Part shown: positions 60,693-64,000 of the stretch, in pieces | Layout of the letters: each line of letters begins with the position of its first letter | Position numbering within the stretch: position 1 is the first letter of the stretch | Assembly (NCBI GenBank): GCA_002189035.1 | Contig: CM007991.1 | Span: 1 to 64,000, forward strand | Origin: Utricularia gibba | Taxonomy: Eukaryota; Plantae; Magnoliophyta | Length of the DNA stretch: 64,000 nt | Direction of reading: 5' to 3' | The notes under the pieces: model-generated | Told to the model about the DNA's origin: nothing | What the model saw: the letters and a program-made list of their open reading frames with translations, nothing else | The model's database searches: none | Made by a program: the position numbers and the translations under genes

Positions 60693-62662
60693 ATGGGAGA
60701 TTCTCATTACCAGACAATGCCAATCCTTACAAAATTAGCATTTCCAGACAAGTTCACAGACACCAATGTGTCTTCTTCCCGATCTCAGACAATCAGAGCA
60801 ACACTATTTGTCGGATTTTTCCTCGTTTTCTCGGCATTAACAACTGCTGTACACGGCGGCGGCGGGGGCCAGAATCAAACTTTCCGGTGGAATGATGAGC
60901 GGTTGAAGATGAAGAGAGTCAGAGGGTTACTTAGAAAGATAAACAAACCTGCTGTTAAGACAATTCAGGTTCTGTCTTTCTTTGCTTTTCAGTTGGTTTC
61001 TTTTTATATTTATCTTTAGCTGAGATGCTTCTCTCAGAGTGCTGATGGAGATATAATAGACTGTGTTGAAACTCATCTTCAGCCTGCTTTTGACCACCAT
61101 TTGCTCAAGGGGCAAAGGCCACTGGTACTGTTTAAAAATCTATTCTTCTGATCGGCTTAGTAGATGCTTCTTTTATTAGTTTTGAGCCTTTGAGAGAAAT
61201 GCGACTTGGAAATGATTGTTCGTTCTTTAAGCTCACATTTGGATCTTGATGAAAACCAGGAAGCCCTCCCAGAAAGGCCAAATGGACGTAATGACTCAGG
61301 GACTAATGCACAGGTTTCTCAGGTATGGATGGATGCCGGCGAGTCATGTCCGGACGGAACGATTCCTATTCGAAGGACGACAGAAGCCGATGTCCTACGA
61401 GCCAACTCCATTCGTACATTCGCTAGGAAGATCCAGAGAGGTGTTCGTCGTGATAGCATGAGCACTGGCCATGAGGTAGATTTGTTGATTTTTTTTCTTC
61501 ATATCCTCTTCTCATGCTCCCTTGGGAATACTCCTATTTTTTTTTTTTTTGAACAGTTCAAAATATAAGGAGACATAGGTTCTATGCCTGTCTTCATTTA
61601 GACATATTTTGTCCAACTTCATTTACATCTACGGCTTTCACGTCTTGTCCCCCTTGAGCGGTGTCTGGTAACCATGTTTTTAAGTACAGCACGCAGTGGC
61701 TTTTGTGAATGGAGATGAGTACTACGGAGCCAAGGCCATCATCAACGTTTGGGAACCAACTGTGATGGATCCTTACGAGTTCAGTCTTTCTCAACTCTGG
61801 GTGATTTCGGGCTCCTTCCGAGACGATCTCAACACGATTGAAGCCGGTTGGCAGGTTTGGATAAGCTGGTGGCATTTCCTTTCGTAGCGAAATCGAACCT
61901 CCTCCTCTGATATGCTACGTTTCAGGTCAGTCCTGAATTATACGGAGACAAGCACCCGAGGTTCTTCACCTACTGGACGGTAAGCCTTTGAAATTTCTAC
62001 AGAAAGAGCAGCGCCTTGTAATGGATTCGAGAAATGCTCAACTTTTTTCCTGGAACTACAGACCGATGCCTATCAAACCACAGGATGCTACAATTTGCTG
62101 TGTTCAGGATTTGTTCAAATCAACAACAAAATAGCAATGGGAGCAGCCATATCCCCAAGGTCATCCTACTCAGGGCGCCAGTTCGATATCCGCATCATGG
62201 TTTGGAAGGTAAGAACGACTTCCTTCATAGAAGGTACCCTGTGGTTGCTGAAGTGAGCGCATTGCATTGGGTGTCATGTTTCAGGATCCGAAACACGGGC
62301 ACTGGTGGCTCGAATTCGGGGAGGGATTGCTCGTCGGATACTGGCCATCCTTCCTGTTCAGCCACCTGCAAAAGCACGCGAGCATGATACAGTTCGGAGG
62401 GGAAATAGTGAACGCCGGATCCACAGGATCTCACACATCCACCCAGATGGGAAGTGGGCATTTTGCAAGTGAGGGATTTGGGAAAGCTTCCTACTTCAGA
62501 AACCTGCAAGTCGTGGATTGGGACAACAGCTTGAGCCCGACGAACAATCTGCATTTCATGGCCGATCATCCCAACTGCTACGACATCAGAGGAGGAAAAA
62601 ACAATGCATGGGGCAACTACTTCTACTATGGGGGCCCTGGAAGAAGCCACGGATGCCCCTGA
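60693..62662 (+). CDS. Neprosin / DUF239 family secreted peptidase-like protein, 7 exons
   Basis: KINKPAVKTIQ|SADGDIIDCV...QPAFDH, CPDGTIPIRR, GHE|HAV, YYGAKA.INVW, NTIEAGWQ|VSPELYGD, GCYNLLCSGFVQ, STQMGSGHF and YFYYGGPG...CP*. Confidence 0.96.
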
Positions 62663-62907
62663 AGTGGAGCAAGGAAAAGGATTTACCTTGGTTTATTACT
62701 ATTTATTTAATATTTTTAAAATTCATTATTATAATTTAGTCGTATGATAAACACGTTTCAAAGAGTGAATCAGATTTAAGAACCTGTACTTACTAATTTT
62801 TAGTAGTTAATAATCATTTCCGATTTATTGCGTCACGCCTGGTGGGTGCATACTGAAATTTGTAGTTTCCCGCCAACGACTGTCACCGTGCATGAATCCC
62901 CAAATTC

Positions 62908-62915
62908 TAGGGTTT
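62908..62915 (-). promoter_or_regulatory. Telo-box (TAGGGTTT) upstream of PCH2
   Basis: Exact motif ~60 bp before the ATG at 62978. Confidence 0.45.
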
Positions 62916-62977
62916 GTGTAAGGAATCATCTCTAGTCGCGCAATTCCTAGTTTGTGTGTCTTTTAAGGCATTGAGAA

Positions 62978-64000
62978 ATGGAAATGACGGCTCCGATGGA
63001 CATTTCTGGGCCTAATCCAGGAGATATTCTTGTCCATGAGCAACAAAAGGATGGTTTTGACCAACCAGCTGTCTCAACTTCGCCTGGGCCTCCGCCTCCG
63101 AACTTCAACGAAGATAAGGTTCTTGTTTCAGGTACTCAATCGATGTGAATCCCCTTTCAAGACGCGAAATTTGTGAAATCAGTGTCTTGATTTAACGAAA
63201 GGTTTATTTTTCGCCCTTGACTCCCACCTGTGTTATCTGTTCCAGTCGAGGCGTTGTTGAAGCCGTGTAGCACAGCTAGGACTGATGATGTCCGGTTTGC
63301 AGTTGAAAGGTAAATTTGGTAAGAATGGGCATCGGTTTGACTGGTTTATCCTGATGAAAATTAAAGGTACAATGCTCTGGCCTTTTTTGGTGTAGAATGC
63401 TGGAGAAGAGATGCATGAGCTACGTCGATGGACCAGTACCCATTCCGAAGGATGATCCGTTTCTAGTGGAGAATGTGCAAAGAATATGTATATGTGATAC
63501 AGGTTTATTAAAGTTATTACCAGTAAAGTCTCTTTTCACTGGATTTGGATCAAGGGAGTAAGCCAATTTTCTGATGTTTCATGAGTTCTATGTTACACGG
63601 TATTGATGATTGACTGAACAGGAGTGTGGGTGGACAACCATGGTGTGCTTTTATTCTGGCAAGTCAAACCTGTTGTGCATGTCTTCCAGGTTAACAAATT
63701 TTTTTCTCAGGACCTAAAGTTTATCTTATATTCATTGCATATTTATGAAAAATGTCTGGTGATTGTGAAGCTAAGAAAAGTTTTTAGTTCGGTCGGAAGA
63801 GATTACATACGGATGAATAGCCAGAGTTCCGTAAAATCTTGGAAATATTTCCGTTTGTCTTCATTTCTCATTAAACGTGGCATACCAGACTGTAGTTTAT
63901 TATTCTCTTTCTTCCCGAATTTAAAATTAGGCTTAGCAAATGGTAATGTTTAGTTTTTACGCTATATTGCTTATCATCATTAGCTTAGCGAGGAAGGGCC
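62978..64000 (+). CDS. PCH2: Pachytene checkpoint 2 / TRIP13 AAA-ATPase, 5' part only (runs off the window)
   Basis: Exons give EDKVLVS|[21 protein letters not shown]|[36 protein letters not shown]|...[14 protein letters not shown] (to 63689), matching the plant PCH2/CRC1 N-terminus. The ATPase domain is not in the window. Confidence 0.9.

Noticed and set aside
1775-63953. Most remaining ORFs in the supplied track
   Set aside because: They are antisense or alternative-frame shadows of identified exons, intron read-throughs, or short non-ATG ORFs without motifs. No CRISPR, rRNA, tRNA or organellar insertion was seen.

Overview
This window is the left end of a chromosome from a land plant with a very compact genome. 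The proteins look eudicot-like; a Lentibulariaceae-like genome is my inference only. Bases 1 to ~1015 are an Arabidopsis-type (CCCTAAA)n telomere with a proximal block of CCCTGAA (TTCAGGG) variants, and the first gene lies only ~2 kb further in. About 19 short-intron protein-coding genes follow: MIF mini zinc finger, tRNase Z, CIB/BPE-type bHLH, NOT4-like RING, TORTIFOLIA1-like, SHAQKYF MYB-related, S6 kinase, NAT transporter, an uncharacterised stress-type protein, CASP-like 4A, DUF1645, ISU1, PWWP protein, MYB98-like, BOI/SBP RING, GDC-H, APC15-like, neprosin/DUF239, and the 5' part of PCH2. One young 4,994-bp Ty1/copia element has 251-bp LTRs differing at one base, an AGCTT target-site duplication, a PBS and a PPT, but a disabled ORF. 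Decayed gene remnants sit between the intact genes: a MYB30/96-type pseudogene whose exon 1 is inverted, a dynein light chain missing its N-terminus, a formin FH2 fragment, a decaying membrane-protein gene and probable ZAT and WD40 ghosts. About ten single-base deletions, mostly in short G/C/A runs, break otherwise well-conserved genes; these are most likely long-read consensus errors and should temper any pseudogene calls. I found no CRISPR array, tRNA or rRNA. I cannot support a wholly new biological system; the strongest oddities are the inverted MYB exon, the young but dead copia, the telomere variant block and the indel pattern. Family assignments come from my recall of motifs, not from database searches.
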